NCBI RefSeq assembly: GCF_963676685.1
Contig: NC_092350.1
Location: 57,040,001 to 57,104,000 of the forward strand
DNA length: 64,000 nucleotides
Direction of reading: 5' to 3'
Source of the DNA: Mytilus edulis
Taxonomy: Eukaryota
Notes under the pieces: generated by a model
What the model saw: the letters and a program-made list of their open reading frames with translations, nothing else
What the model was told of the DNA's origin: nothing
Database searches by the model: none
Translations under genes and position numbers: made by a program
In this document: in pieces, positions 36,786 to 50,530 of the stretch
Position numbering within the stretch: the first letter of the stretch is position 1
Layout of the letters: each line of letters opens with the position of its first letter

Positions 36786-39556
36786 ATGGCGAACAAAAGT
36801 GACATAGACGTAGCGATTGACAAAGTTTTAACTGATTTCAAAATTTACACCCTCTAAGCTGAACAAAGGTCAATTTTGGACTGTTTGATAGAGAAGAAAG
36901 ACTGTATGGCCATACTCCCGACCGGATTTGGAAAATTGCTTCCCTACCAAATGCTTGTTTCAGTCCGCAGGGAACTTGAAAAAGAAACTTCCTCAGACGA
37001 TGTTGGAAAAGTGATCGTTTGTTCACCTCTAGTAGCACTAATGGCAGACCAAGTGAACAGAATTAATGCAGTACCAAATGTGACTGCGGCTCATAGGGGT
37101 AAGTTACGAAAATGAACCGTTTGAAATTTAAATTAAGAATGTCAAATTTGAACAGGGGGAAGGGGGGTGATCTTGGAGAACGCATTTTGGAAACAAAAAT
37201 ATAGTCAAGACTTTCTGTTGAACTCCCTTTCATATACGTATATATTTATCCTGTCATCAGAGGGGATCAAAGGGTGATTTGTTTTAAAAAAAAATACCAG
37301 ATGAATAATTCAGAGTAAACTGACTTCAAGAAAGACATGAAAGATGAAAATTATCACTTCATAAGATTATTAATATACCAGCAACCCATTCCCTTCAAAC
37401 TTAAATGGTTGTTTAATTAGAAAATGATATTGTTAATTTTTTTTCATATTTTTATTTAATAATAAATATAACACCACAATTACTTTGTATACAAGTATTT
37501 TAGAAAGTTAAACTGCATAATTTTCACGTATTTGTATGGTCCAAATACTTTATGGAATAGAACACATCTATTATGTACAAAATGTACAACACATCAATTT
37601 TATTAATGTCTTAGAATGCTCATGTATACATTTATAATATAAGAATTTTATTTCAAATGTCAAGCACTGTATGACGAGTTATAAGCATAGAAATATCAAA
37701 TGTGTACATCATGATCGAAATGTTATCAGGATTATCTGCTTTCATATCTTATTTTGCAAAAGATTATTTAATACATACATGTGTAAAAGTAATTAATTTT
37801 TAATAACCTTTAAGCTTTATTTATCAATTTGTAGGTGCCTGCAGTAATGGAGATGATGATATTTTGAAAGGCAAATTTGATTATTTGTTTGCCTCACCAG
37901 AAACACTAATCAGTGACAAAAAATGGAGAATGACATTACAGCAGATGAATGTGTCTTTGATTGTAGAAGACGAGTTTCACACCATATGCACATAGTAAGG
38001 GTAGCTTAAGACAATAGTAATGCAAAGAATGTGCTTTCAGACTATTGCTGATCAATATCAATAACTTCCTGTTACTGGAATGATGATATATATTTAAGTG
38101 AAGCCAAGTGGTCGTGTGGTTTAGCGCGTTGCATACAGTGCAGGCGATTTTATGTCACGATATCTCAATATCTCTCCAGGCGAGGAAAGAACAAAAAAAT
38201 TGGGAAAGCAAATTTACAGATCTAACATTGTTGGGTTGATGTTTAGACGAGTTATATATAAATATATATATATAAATTTATGTGTGTAATTATCTTCCCA
38301 GGTTGGACTTAACCATGATAATGTTTCAGAAAAAAAAATAAAGAGAAGGGTATACATATGGTATACATGGTATAGGGTATAGTTGAATAGTGCAACATAG
38401 TGAAATTTAAAAAAAAAATCAGAAGATTCTAAGACTTGAAGATAAAAAATTGTCATCAAAATTAAAAATTATAAGATGAAATACAAAGCAAAGGCTTATT
38501 TAAAAGTAACAAATAAAACAAACAGGAAAAATAAAGATTGATTGTGGTTAGTTTTATGTCCAGTGGCAAATATTTCATGAATATGAAGCAAGTGACAGTT
38601 GTCATTTTTTATATGAGAAGATAAAACCATGAATGTTTTGTGTTCAATTTATTATTATCATATAATGCTGTTCCATAACAGCTTTTTCAGTATTGGTTAT
38701 AAAGTCTTATACATTTGCGTTTTCTTTTTACAGGGGTGGTGTTGGTTAACAGGAGGAAGAGACTGCATTCAGAAAGTGGTTTCGACACATTGGAGAACTG
38801 CGTTCTATGTTTACAACAGCAAATCTGTTAGCACTAAGTGCTACATGTACCACTACAATGCGAAAAAGGGTTATGAGAGAGCTGCACATGCACAAAGATT
38901 TAACAACTATTATTTCAAAGTCACCAAATAAACCGAACATAAAATTTTGCGTACAAAAAATTGACAACACAATAGATATGTCAATGGTGTGGTTGGTAGG
39001 TGCACTTGAAAAATTAAAGATTGATTTTCCGAGAACTATAATTTATTCCAATACAATAAAACAATTGTCAGAGTTGTATTCATACTTGTGTACCGAAAAT
39101 CCAGATGCTGTACATTTAATTGATATGTTTCATTCAGAAACACCAGAAGAGAAGAAAAAAAACTATTATAAGCAAACTTAAAGATGGTAACAGCGAATTG
39201 CGGATCATTTTGGCAACATCCGCATTGGGATTGGGAATTTTAACTGTATTTTGTATGCTGCACCTTCTTCTGTGGTTGACTTGATCCAAGAGGTCGGTAG
39301 AATTGGAAGAAATGGGGATGAAGCTGTAGCGCTGCTGTTGTTTAATAAATATCATTTACAGCAAATGGAATCAAGGGTAAAAAGAATTTATAAGGCAAAA
39401 ATGTGTGTCCGCTTAAGCATAATGGAAGACTTCCTTACCAAAACAGAACTTGCAATGGTTCATAGTGGAACACATACGTGTTGTGACATTTGTGAAAAGG
39501 AATGTACATGTGGCGAGTGTAACAAAGTGATGATTGAGCAGTTTTTTATGGAATAG
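36786..39556 (+). pseudogene. RecQ-like SF2 helicase of the AcademH-like element, spliced, disrupted
   Basis: Exons ~36786-37098, ~37835-37993 and ~38734-39556. Motifs LPTGFGK (I), SPLVALMADQV (Ia), ASPE, DEFH (II), AFR, LALSAT (III), ATSALGLG (V), QEVGRIGRNG (VI) and C..CCDIC zinc module. Early TAA (~36855) and frameshifts. Confidence 0.88.
38102..38255 (+). mobile_element. Diverged copy of the tRNA-derived SINE in a helicase intron
   Basis: agccaagtggtcgtgtggtttagcg...aaatttacagatctaacattgttgggttgatgtttagacgagtt + (TA)n; box B deleted. Confidence 0.7.
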
Positions 39557-40127
39557 AAGACAATGAAGAAACTAGCAGTTCAAGTAGTGATACAGAGTTA
39601 TATTACTATGGTGATGACAGTTAAGTTCCTGCTGAAATATTTGATGAATATTAATAAAAAAAAATTAAAATGTCTAATTGTTATTCTAAACTTACCTAGC
39701 TAGAACAGTTTTAACCCACATTAGTAAACTCTGAAATTTCAAATGTGACCAAAAACATTGGTTGAACCACCACTTTCAGACATTCAGAGAAATAAAGAAT
39801 TCAGAGATTTACACTTGTAAATTATTCATTTCTATTTACATGTACATTGTTATAAAACAAGATACATGTATTGTTTGAGTGCCAATGAGACAACTATCCA
39901 CAATATTAAGTAGATTTTAGCAACTATAGGTCACTGTTCACACTTCAACAATGAGCAATATCCATACTGTACAGCAAACTACAACAGCTGGTGTGTAGAA
40001 AACCTCTCATTCTGTTTGTCAAAACAAATGACTGCCATGATAAATTGACTGTCAGTGTCAAAAAGAGGGCATTCAAAAACTTTCTCACCTAAATAACACT
40101 TATGTTAAAAAATAGTTATTTTGATAT

Positions 40128-40638
40128 AGGAAGATGTGGTATGAATGCCAATGAGACAACTCTCCATCCAAATAACAATTTATAAAAGTAAACCATTATA
40201 GGTCAATGTATGGCCTTCAACACCGAACCTTGGTTCACACCAAACAATAAGCTATAAACATGATAAAGGGCTCCAAAATACTAGTTGAACTTTAAAACCA
40301 TTCAAACAGGAAACTAACGGTCTAATCTATATAAAAGAACGAGAAACACATATAAATTACATAAACAAACCACAACTACTGTACATTAGATTCCTCACTT
40401 AGGACAGGAGCAAACATTTGAAGCGGGATGAAACGTTTTAATGGTACCAAACGTTCTCCCTTTTTCTGAAACAATAATACAATGTATAACATCTCACCAT
40501 AGAAAAACATCAATTGGAAGGCTTAACTCCTCAAAAACCGTTAATTAACACACTATGAACGAATAATTTTGATCTGCGATACCTGAATGCAATAACATAG
40601 TTAATAAAATTATTAGGGACAATCATTCAAGGCCAAAA
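40128..40638 (+). repeat. Dispersed repeat (same family as 6905-8355)
   Basis: Direct alignment by eye to 6905-6970 + 7916-8355. Confidence 0.75.
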
Positions 40639-42676
40639 GTGTATTGTCCAACCTGGATGATGATCATGAACACAATTTCATATACCAAATATTGTTTACC
40701 TACTGTACATGTATGGGTCTATGAAACAGCACAAACCCTGAAAATTATGTCAACGTTACATGACTGCCAGCTAGACATGTACACCTTACAATCATTCTAT
40801 ACACAAAATATAGTTTACCAATATAAGCAATCAATAAACCATGAAACTGGAATCAAGGACAACCAACATGTGAAGTGTAAAATAAAACTTTGATATTATA
40901 AGTTATCATATCATATCAATTGAGTGCTAACAGCTTTATACCAAGGACTGATGCCAATCATTACAATGTCTGCAGAAAGTTTAAGCAAGAAAGCAAAATA
41001 AAAGTTAACACTAACATTCGTATAAAAAAGTTGTTGTAAGTGTACAATGGTGCATCACAGGTGTGGATCACGCAGACGTATAAATGGAACATGTGGCCTG
41101 TGGCGGTAAATCATGGATGACAATCCTTCAAAACAATTGTCATATGGATTTCTGTCGACAACAAGTGCTTTGCATTTAAATGTGCGTCCTGGTTTATTTT
41201 CCAGCACATTTAGTTCTTGCAAGTCTTTCATTACCTTCAATACATCTTCTTTGTATGATGGCAGTGATGACACCCTTTCCTTTGATGGATTTCAGTAATT
41301 GCATCAAAGTGCTTAGTAATGTCTATAACGATTGGATATTCTTTGGAATGTGCAATAATACTCTACACTGTTTGGTGTCCAGAGCAAGCTACCTTACTAT
41401 CCCTATTGAGCATTTCAACAAATTCATCCAATGCAATATTGTTATTTTTCCCTCCTTGCAAGTTTATAAACCTATTATTAATCAAACTTTCTTCCTGATC
41501 TGGTGGCAGTAATCCTGAGGTTAGAGCAGTCAGGTGTATTGAACCAATAGAGTATTTCGTTTTATTTGTTTTGTTGTAAACTGGGAGTTCATATTTTGCA
41601 GATCGGACTGACCTTCCTCCATTGCCCATGTCAACAGCTGAGTCCAAATTTTTGGGCAGTAACACAAGTTTAAACAACAAAGCAATGTAGTCTTGAACTC
41701 TATCTTTGTCTTTCGGTTTAACTGTCTTACTTTTCCTTTCAGCTGGAAGGTTATGAACTTTGCTTTCATGTGACTTAAGAGATCCAAGGTATGCATCAGA
41801 TTTCGGACAGAAGTGACATTTAATGCGTCCATTTTCTAGGTTAGCTAGCCAATAGTTCACTGGGTGATCCCTATCAAAAACTACTTCACGTAAATTCTGA
41901 CATATATCAGTTGTGTCCTCAAAAAAAACATTGTTGGATTAATATGCTACAAATGTCATTAATCCATGCTTTTTTTTCATCTTTTGTTTTATGCTGGAAG
42001 TTTTCTGGAAGAACTTTCTCCGTTTCTGTCATTTTTAAATGGTCCAAAAAAAGAAGTAGGCAGATTGCATCTAAAATGGTATAGTACAGCAGTTTGAAAG
42101 GACGGGATGCATTCTTTACTTTTCCTTTAACATTTCTCATATTATTTAAAAGATTTCTGTAGTAGTGCATTGTGCCCTTGTCACTTGCACTTTCGGTGTT
42201 ATATGTCAGTTTGTATATAGCCTGAAAATACAAATAACAAGATGTTGAAATGTTGACAACAAACTCTCAATACATTTGAAAACAACTGCTGACATTTGAC
42301 ATTTGTGGGTTTTTTATATTGCGTTTTTTTAATACTGTATTATATTTTCTAAATAAAAAGTTCCTTTTAAAACATGTAATCTGTGGTCTAAATTCACAGT
42401 TGAGACATTGTGAAAAACATGTGGATCTAATGTCAAAACAGCCCTATGAGGATCACTCAGTGGCCAAGAGGTCTAGCCTATCAACACTAAGTTTGTTCTT
42501 GGCACACTCATAGGTTATTCAACAATAACATCTGGTTGTCATTAAAAACAAATAGTGTGAACAAAATCAATCAATTTATTAAAACAGATTTTACTGACTG
42601 CATTTAAGCAATGTGTGGACATATGGTGGAAACTTGTCTCGGTTGTAATCATACCACATCTCCGTTAAATAGTTAT

Positions 42677-42826
42677 ATCAACCCAACAATGTTAGATCTG
42701 TAAATTTGCTTTGGCAAATTTTTGGTTCTTCCCTCGCCGGGATTCGAACCCATGCTACTGTGATATCGTGACACCAAATCGCCTGCACTGCAGCCGTACC
42801 GCTAGACCACACGACCACCTTGGCTC
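42677..42826 (-). mobile_element. tRNA-derived SINE copy in a transposase intron
   Basis: Near-identical to 23790-23940, with box B GGTTCGAATCC on the minus strand. Confidence 0.78.
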
Positions 42827-45800
42827 ATATATATATGGGAATCATGTAACAAAAGACAATTTCTATTACCTCTAAAAAGATCATCAACCTATGAAAATCT
42901 TCAATCTTTGATATGAAACCTTTTAACTTTTCCTTTGGACTGTCTGCATTACTCATTGCAGTCTGTGCACTCTAAACTCTTTCATCAGTCAACCTGTCAC
43001 CTATACAATTCATTTAATTTAAACTGTGTTAATTACAAAACAAAAGGATGATGAGTAAATACCTCTACAAACTTGAAATATCTGTGTTAAGTCATAAAGA
43101 TTAAAATGTAGATTGAATTTGATATCATGTTCAATTATATTTTTTTAAGTCACAAAAGTGTTTGCCCATGAATTTAACATTTGTAACAGTAGCTCTGAAA
43201 TCAATACAAGGATTAAGACATACAGGAATGACATGGGTAATACTGAATGCCCCCTCCCCTATGCTACAGGGGGGGGCATAATAACAGGTTGAATATTTTA
43301 ATGATTTCTTTATGGAATCACCACCTAAAAATACTGGTTCAAAAATCTCTCCATTTCTGAGTGGCACATATTTCTCTGTCAACTGTTTTAACAGTCTTAT
43401 TAGCTCCTGTGTCTTATTTCATTGCATTTGAACAATCCCAATGGATACTGAAATATAATACAGGATGAAATAGTAAATGTTATAATACAATGTGGATACT
43501 AAATATTAAGAAGAGAACTTTTGGAAGTATGATCAGCTTTTATTTCCTCATTTTTTACAAATCTTTATTTAAATGAATTAAGAGCAGTGAATAAACTTTG
43601 ACAACTGAAACATGTTTTGTTTTTAAATTAAGAAGTTGAATGCAGAATTTAATTTTATATCTTCATGCTTGATAAATAAATATTAATCTTTTAAATAAAA
43701 AAATAAGAAATGATGTTCAAAATGTAATCTTTAATCTATGGCATTGGCTACTGAAATTTGTGAGGTAATGTATGCCAAGTAAAAAGTAATTGCAGGATAA
43801 CAAAAAGGTTCCTTACAACCTGACCACCCCTTTTTCAATGAACCCTTTCAAGATTACAAACCTATTCGAAACTTCATAACCTATAGTTGTTAATGTCTGT
43901 GTAATTTTGGTCTCTTGGGGACAGTTGTCTTATTGGTAATCAAACCACATCTTCTTTTTTATAGTTAAAAAATATTAATACCTGAATCGTTTTGATGCCA
44001 GAAAAAAAACTGTATTTATGCTCAAAATGTTTTGGATAAATACTCTTCAATGACTGTTCCAATCGTGGTATGTTTGATATCACTGAGGTTGCAAAAATAA
44101 AGGTCAATTCTGTCATTAACTGTTCTTGTTCTGATATTGATGGCAAATAAGTTGATATATCGATTTCAGAAATATCTAAGACTGTTATATTCTGAGCAGG
44201 GTTTGGGGTGATTCGGTCTACAACTGCAATAAGGTTGAAAAGATGAAGTGACAAAGTTTTCTGCAGTGATGTACGAAAAGATGGTAGAATGTTCTTGTCC
44301 CAATTATCTCCGATAAGTTGATACTTTTTTAATCCTCCTTCAGACCAGGCGTTCCTCAAAGAAATAATTTCAGCATCAAGATTGCCCTGCCAACTTTGTA
44401 ACCTATTATGTATGGTCTTTGGATGTACACTGAGGACTATAGAAGCTAATATCTCAATATCCTAAAACAAAAATCACTCAGTAGAGTTATAACCACCTAA
44501 CTTTTCTTTTAGCAACTTTGTATTAAAGGGAGATCCAAAGAAACTGTGGCAGTAGCATAACAACTTCAGATAATAATTACATGCAACAGGATATCAATAT
44601 ATATATATTCGCGTAAAATTGCCAATATCCAATTCACTTGGACTTGGTGGATAGCTGTCTCATTGGTAATCATACCACTTCTCATAAATATGAAATGCAT
44701 GAAAGATTTATTATTAGTATTTCCTCACTCTAGCATGTCTAGATCTCATTATCTCAAATTCAATAGTTTAAAATAATAATCAGTTATCTCTGAACAGAAA
44801 AGGACGGACTAATAACCCTTAAATTGAGCTTTGCGCATTCATGACATTACAAAATAGTTTGTGAAGCAAATATTTCCATTCCAGACTGGTTTTTTTTGGT
44901 TAGATTTCATAAACATCCAATGACATTCTTTCGATTTTGAAAGATAATAAATTTATCGTCCTGAATATTCATGTAATACTTGCAACTGGAAGTTAGGCAA
45001 CCATCAATCAATTCATTTTTCTTTATACAATTGATTACAGATTTCTCAACATATTTAAAAAAAATTAACATATATATACCCTTAAAGTGCAGTCACCATG
45101 TGTCAAAATGAAGCCCATCATATACTGTACTAATGACATTTCCTGACTGCGTCCATGCAGTCCAATTGCAGCAGAAAGCAAAATATGATGAAAAGCCTTG
45201 CTACCAGTTTGTGGTGGACTATCTGCTACTACAGACGAAATGATGGTCAATAATCCTGGACACGACTGACTTAGCTCATCATACAATTTTTTTCAATTGA
45301 ATGAAAAAATATTTGAGTATCCTTTTTTCTGTAAAATTATTCCAGACCCTCTCTTGCATATTTTGCCACTTTCCTCTTTCACTATTTTTGCAGCTGCATT
45401 CATCACCATCATTGGACTTGATTCTGCAATAATATTTAACACTCCCTTTTCTACATTAACTCCTTGAAGGATGGTTTTGCAAATTTTTTTGTGCATTTCC
45501 TGATACACATAAGTGTTTTTTGTTCCACTCGGATAGTGCACTGTCAACTGCAAAAAGATAAAGTAAATTTTATAGTCATTGTTTTATGTAAAACAAATGT
45601 GGTATCATTGCTATATGATTCAGATACATGTACATGTGTAAGCCACTAGTATAGGTAACTATATGGCTTTCAATAATGAGCAAAACCCACAAATTACATG
45701 TATGTTATTTCAGTGTGTAGATGTAAGTAAATTGGCATTTATTATAAAAAAAAAAAGATGTGGTACGATAGATAAGGCAACTCTACACAAGAGACCAAAA

Positions 45801-46978
45801 AGACATAGAAACCAACAACGACGGGTCAGCTTATGGCCTTCAATAGTGTGCAAGATGTGTATGTATTCCTAAAGTAATCAAAATAAAATATTTTAATTTA
45901 ACATGTACATGTCTACAAATATATATAAAGACTCTGTCATTATCATGATTACATTTTTCATCATGTTTAAATGAAATGTTCACAGCATACAAAAATAACA
46001 TAAGCAAATGAAATTTACAGGTACTGAAACCCTTAGATATGCTAAAAATGTATACATCTATCTGTCTATATATTTCAATTTCAAATAAGGAAAATATAAA
46101 GCTTGAAAACTGTTTTACCTATATAAACATAATACCAGTACAGAGCTTAGTCAGTATAAATATCCACCAGGGTTGACCACAAATTTAATTTAAATGACTC
46201 TATAAATGAATCTATTCCTGAAAGAAAGAAAAAATCATGCAAACAAATGCAAATTTTCAACAATAAAAATAACATTAAAAAGGTCATTATCAATTGCACT
46301 GTAATAAGTACAGTTTATCATTTGTATCTAAAAAAGATACAATAAGTAAACACAAAATTAGTACATGTGAATGTACTTTAGTAAGATGAAATATATTCAT
46401 TTAACAATTGATTTTTACACTTAACCTAGGCTACATGAACACTTATTTGCTGAATAAAATGATAATGACCTCTTTCAAAAACATGCAAAAAAGAATGAAA
46501 AAAAGAATATGAGATAGATCCAGTATATATTCATGATATTTAAAAAAATGTCTTTTTACAAATTTGAAAATTCAAAACTTTTTTTCTGAAAAATTGTTCC
46601 AAATTGAGGACCTAGATACATGTACGATTACATGCCTCAATACACACCACTACAACTGGATCCATCTTTGTAGTTCTTACTTCTATTTTATTTTTGGTTA
46701 ATGAAAATATTTCTTAACTAAATATCTTCAAATAAACAAAATCTAAACTATATCAATTTTAATCAACATGTAATTGAAACAACTTGTTTGTGAATCCACC
46801 TTTACTTCTCCTTCATATGGCAAATTTTGCTCATTTTCTTTCCCACTAAATCCGAGAGACCTTCTAGCTGTCTTTTCTGCCCCATGTGACACAGTAGATA
46901 TCTTCACATGTGTATGTTCTCCAATGACTGTCATACAAGTAGATATATTCAGTAAATGCTTACATATCCATGTTTTAT

Positions 46979-47977
46979 ATGTTTTAGATTTTAACGAGAG
47001 AAATTTATGTATTACTGAAAAATTATTACACCAGGGTTTTCGATATCACAAACTAGTCAAAACATTTACTAAATTTTATCATCGGTATAAAGACATTATT
47101 CGTAAATATAGCTCAACTTGCAGACTTTTTATACATTCGGGTATTTCACATCCAATTTTTTATGGAAATATTCTTTATAAAGCTCAAAGGTGTCAGTATT
47201 CACCTCAGAAACTTACAAAACCTTTGAATAGACTTATTAAGAAGGGATATAATTACGATACTGTTGTCAAGTCATTAAAGATTGCATATTTTGGCGTTAA
47301 TATTGAGTCACTGATAAGGTCTTTGCGTCGGAACTAAACACATTTATTCTAAAAACAGTTGTTGGCATGACACGGGTTATGTTCTTCTCATATATGTTAT
47401 GATGGTATGATACTAAACCCCTAACGGGAAGGATTGTGCCTGATGTTCATATGATGAAATCATAATCTTTCAGTCAGTTTAATTGAAGTCTGGAGCTGGC
47501 ATGTCAGTTAACTGCTAGTAGTCTGTTGTTATTTATGTATTATTGTCATTTTGTTTATTTTCTTTGGTTACATCTTCTGACATCAGACTCGGACTTCTCT
47601 TGAACTGAATTTTAATGTGCGTATTGTTATGCGTTTACTTTTCTACATTGGTTAGAGGTATAGGGGGAGGATTGAGATCTCACAAACATGTTTAACCCCG
47701 CCGTATTTTTGCGCCTGTCCCAAGTCAGGAGCCTCTGGCCTTTGTTAGTCTTGTACTATTTTAATTTTAGTTTCTTGTGTACAATTTGGAAATTAGTATG
47801 GCGTTCATTATCACTGAACTAGTATATATTTGTTTAGGGGCCAGCTGAAGGACGCCTCCTGGTGCGGGAATTTATCGCTACATTGAAGACCTGTTGGTGA
47901 CCTTCTGCTGTTGTTTTTTTATTTGGTCGGGTTGTTGTCTCTTTGACACATTCCCCATTTCCATTCTCAATTTTATT
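46979..47977 (+). mobile_element. 5'-truncated Naiad-type Penelope-like copy inserted in the transposase gene
   Basis: Reverse complement of ~476-1474; encodes VLDFNERNLCITEKLL...SLIRSLRRN*. Confidence 0.88.
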
Positions 47978-49087
47978 TATATACATGTATATCATTGTAC
48001 AGGATGATAAAGATAGTATGTCAAAAAGTAAGTTAACATATATACCATGTATACATGTACAGTTCGAGTTGTATGTACTTTTAAATGTCATTATGACATT
48101 CTTTCATCTGGGACTGCTTCGGTAAAGTCAGAAATGTTTTCGTAATTTAAGTCCCAGGGTTAAATGAAATCAATAACATATATGATAAAAGTTCTCATAA
48201 TGCATGTACCAAATATACTGGTATTGTACATGTACATGTTGTACACATCATGCACATGTACAAACAGGAATGTATTTATGTTTTAAAGCAAACAATTTTC
48301 TTATGAAGGCTATATTTGAGGGGTTGGACATGGGGTTCCCCGATTACAAATATAGCATATTTTTTTAGCACAGGTTTAAAGAACTTATGTACCTGGCATG
48401 TACTTCTCCTTCCAGTTCCCTCATTTCCATGTTCACTTCACATGTTTACACCTAGTCCAAATAATTATGACTTCTGGAAAGACTATTTTTGCTTTGACGA
48501 CTTCATGCGACGATGTAAGGCGTAAAAAAAAATATAATAGCTTTTCAAGATGTCATAATTATTTGGACTAGTTTACACCCACACATATCTTATATTTATC
48601 TTTGAACCTACCAGAGGAAAGACTTGTATCATATTCTGTTGGTCTGGGCACAATAGCTACAAACTGCTTGACTATAGTAGCTGGTTCATGTGGTTGAGTA
48701 ACACCTGCACCCATCAATGGCATCGTACACATAGCGCTAAATGAAAGGAATTTTAACTGCATGTTTCACAATTACTTGAGATGGAAATGTTTTCTGCTGT
48801 TTCTGTTTGACAGATGAGAATGGGGACCTGAGAAGTCTTTTCTCTACCGTTTTTAATCTCTTTGGACAGGTCTGATGGGTTCGAATTAAAGATGATTTTT
48901 ATTTTCTACTTCTTCTTCTTGCCGAAAAACCTTCTCCACGATTTTGTAACATTTTGTGCAAAATCCATTATTTTTATCCTCGTCTGTAACATCGAAAGAC
49001 GGTATTATATGGAAAGCCTCAGCTGTCATATATTAGAGATTTACAAAACTTTATGCTGAAGCTTAAAATGTAAAGTTAAGACAGCGT

Positions 49088-50530
49088 GATGTTGAATTAA
49101 GTCATCAAAATGCTAACTCTGAATTACAATATGCTAAGTTGAATCTGCGCAATGTTGACTTGCAATGACAAGTGCTGTAGTCGTGATAGTATAATGATAA
49201 ATCACGATGTTGTGATGATATGCCGAACACACGTTACGTTGAGTTTAAAGTAAATGATGTGAAGTTGACGTTGCATGATGTTAGCTTGCAGATTGATAAT
49301 GCTCAGTAATCCACTTCGATTGCTATGATAACAAATAAATTGAACAGCTACAATGTATGGTGCTGACTTGATATTAATAAATGTTTAGCTGAAATAGTAC
49401 GATGTTATCTCATTGTGATATTGCGATAGGTCTATCATGCAATCTGTTGATTTAAAACACCATGATGTACAGTTGAAAGTACATGATGTTAGGTTAAGAT
49501 AACACGATGCTACACAACAATATTGAAACGAAAGGCCCACCATACAATGTGTTGACTTAAAACAACACGATGCAGCGTTGAAAGTACATGATGTTAAGCT
49601 AAGATGACATGTTGGTTTATCAGTATAATGTCGCGATGGGCTTACCATACAATATGCTCACTCGAAACTACAAGACGTACAGTTGAAATTTTGTAATGTT
49701 ACGCTATGATAGCATGATGTTATATCAATTTAATGTGACGATGGGCTTACCATCACTATGCTCACTCGAAACTACAAGACGTACAGTTGAAATTTTGTAA
49801 TGTTAAGCTAAGATTGCATGCTATTAAATCAATATAATGTCACGCTAGGCTTATTACACGATATGCTCATTTAAAACTACACAACGTACAGTTGAAAGTA
49901 TGTGATGATAAGCTATGATAGAATGTTGTTATGTCATTTGAATGTCACGATAGGCTTACCATACACTATGCTCATTTAAAACTACACAACGTACAGTTAA
50001 AAGTATGTGCTATTGAGCTATGATAGCACGATGTTATATCATAATAATACCACGATAGGCTTGCCATACGATATGCTCATTTAAAACTTCATGACGTACA
50101 GTTGAAAGTATGTGATGTTGAGCTATGATAGCACGATGTTATATCATAATAATACCACGATAGGCTTGCCATACAATATGCTCATTCAAAACTTCATGAC
50201 GTACAGTTGAAAGTATGTGATGTTGAGCTATGATAGCACGATGTTATATCATAATAATGTCACGATAGGCTGGCCATACAATATGCCCATTCAAAACTAC
50301 ACGACGCACAGTTGAAAGTACGTGTTGTTGAGCTACGATAGCACGATGTTATATCATAATAATATCACGAAAGGCAAGCCATACAATATTACCATTCAAA
50401 ACTACACGACGTACAGTTGAAAGTACGTGTTGTTGAGCTAAGATAGAACGATGTTATATCATTATGACGTCACGAGAGGATTATCATACAATGTGTTGAC
50501 TTGAAACTACACGATGTAAATTTGAAGTAG
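49088..50530 (+). repeat. 21-bp-periodic array with 105-bp higher-order units (left arm)
   Basis: NATGYT core every 21 bp from 49088; tt/ggccatac recurs at 50061, 50166 and 50271 (105-bp period). Confidence 0.85.

Noticed and set aside
36786-39556. Host RecQ gene (WRN/BLM/RECQL)
   Set aside because: Minimal helicase core only, disrupted, starting ~90 bp inside a TIR and paired with a transposase-like gene.
46774-47337. 187-aa ORF as a real gene
   Set aside because: Chance fusion of antisense transposase-exon sequence with the truncated Penelope-like RT tail.
49560-50520. CRISPR-like repeat/spacer array
   Set aside because: Whole 105-bp units are homologous with no unique spacers; there are no cas genes, the context is eukaryotic, and the array is mirrored in a transposon arm.
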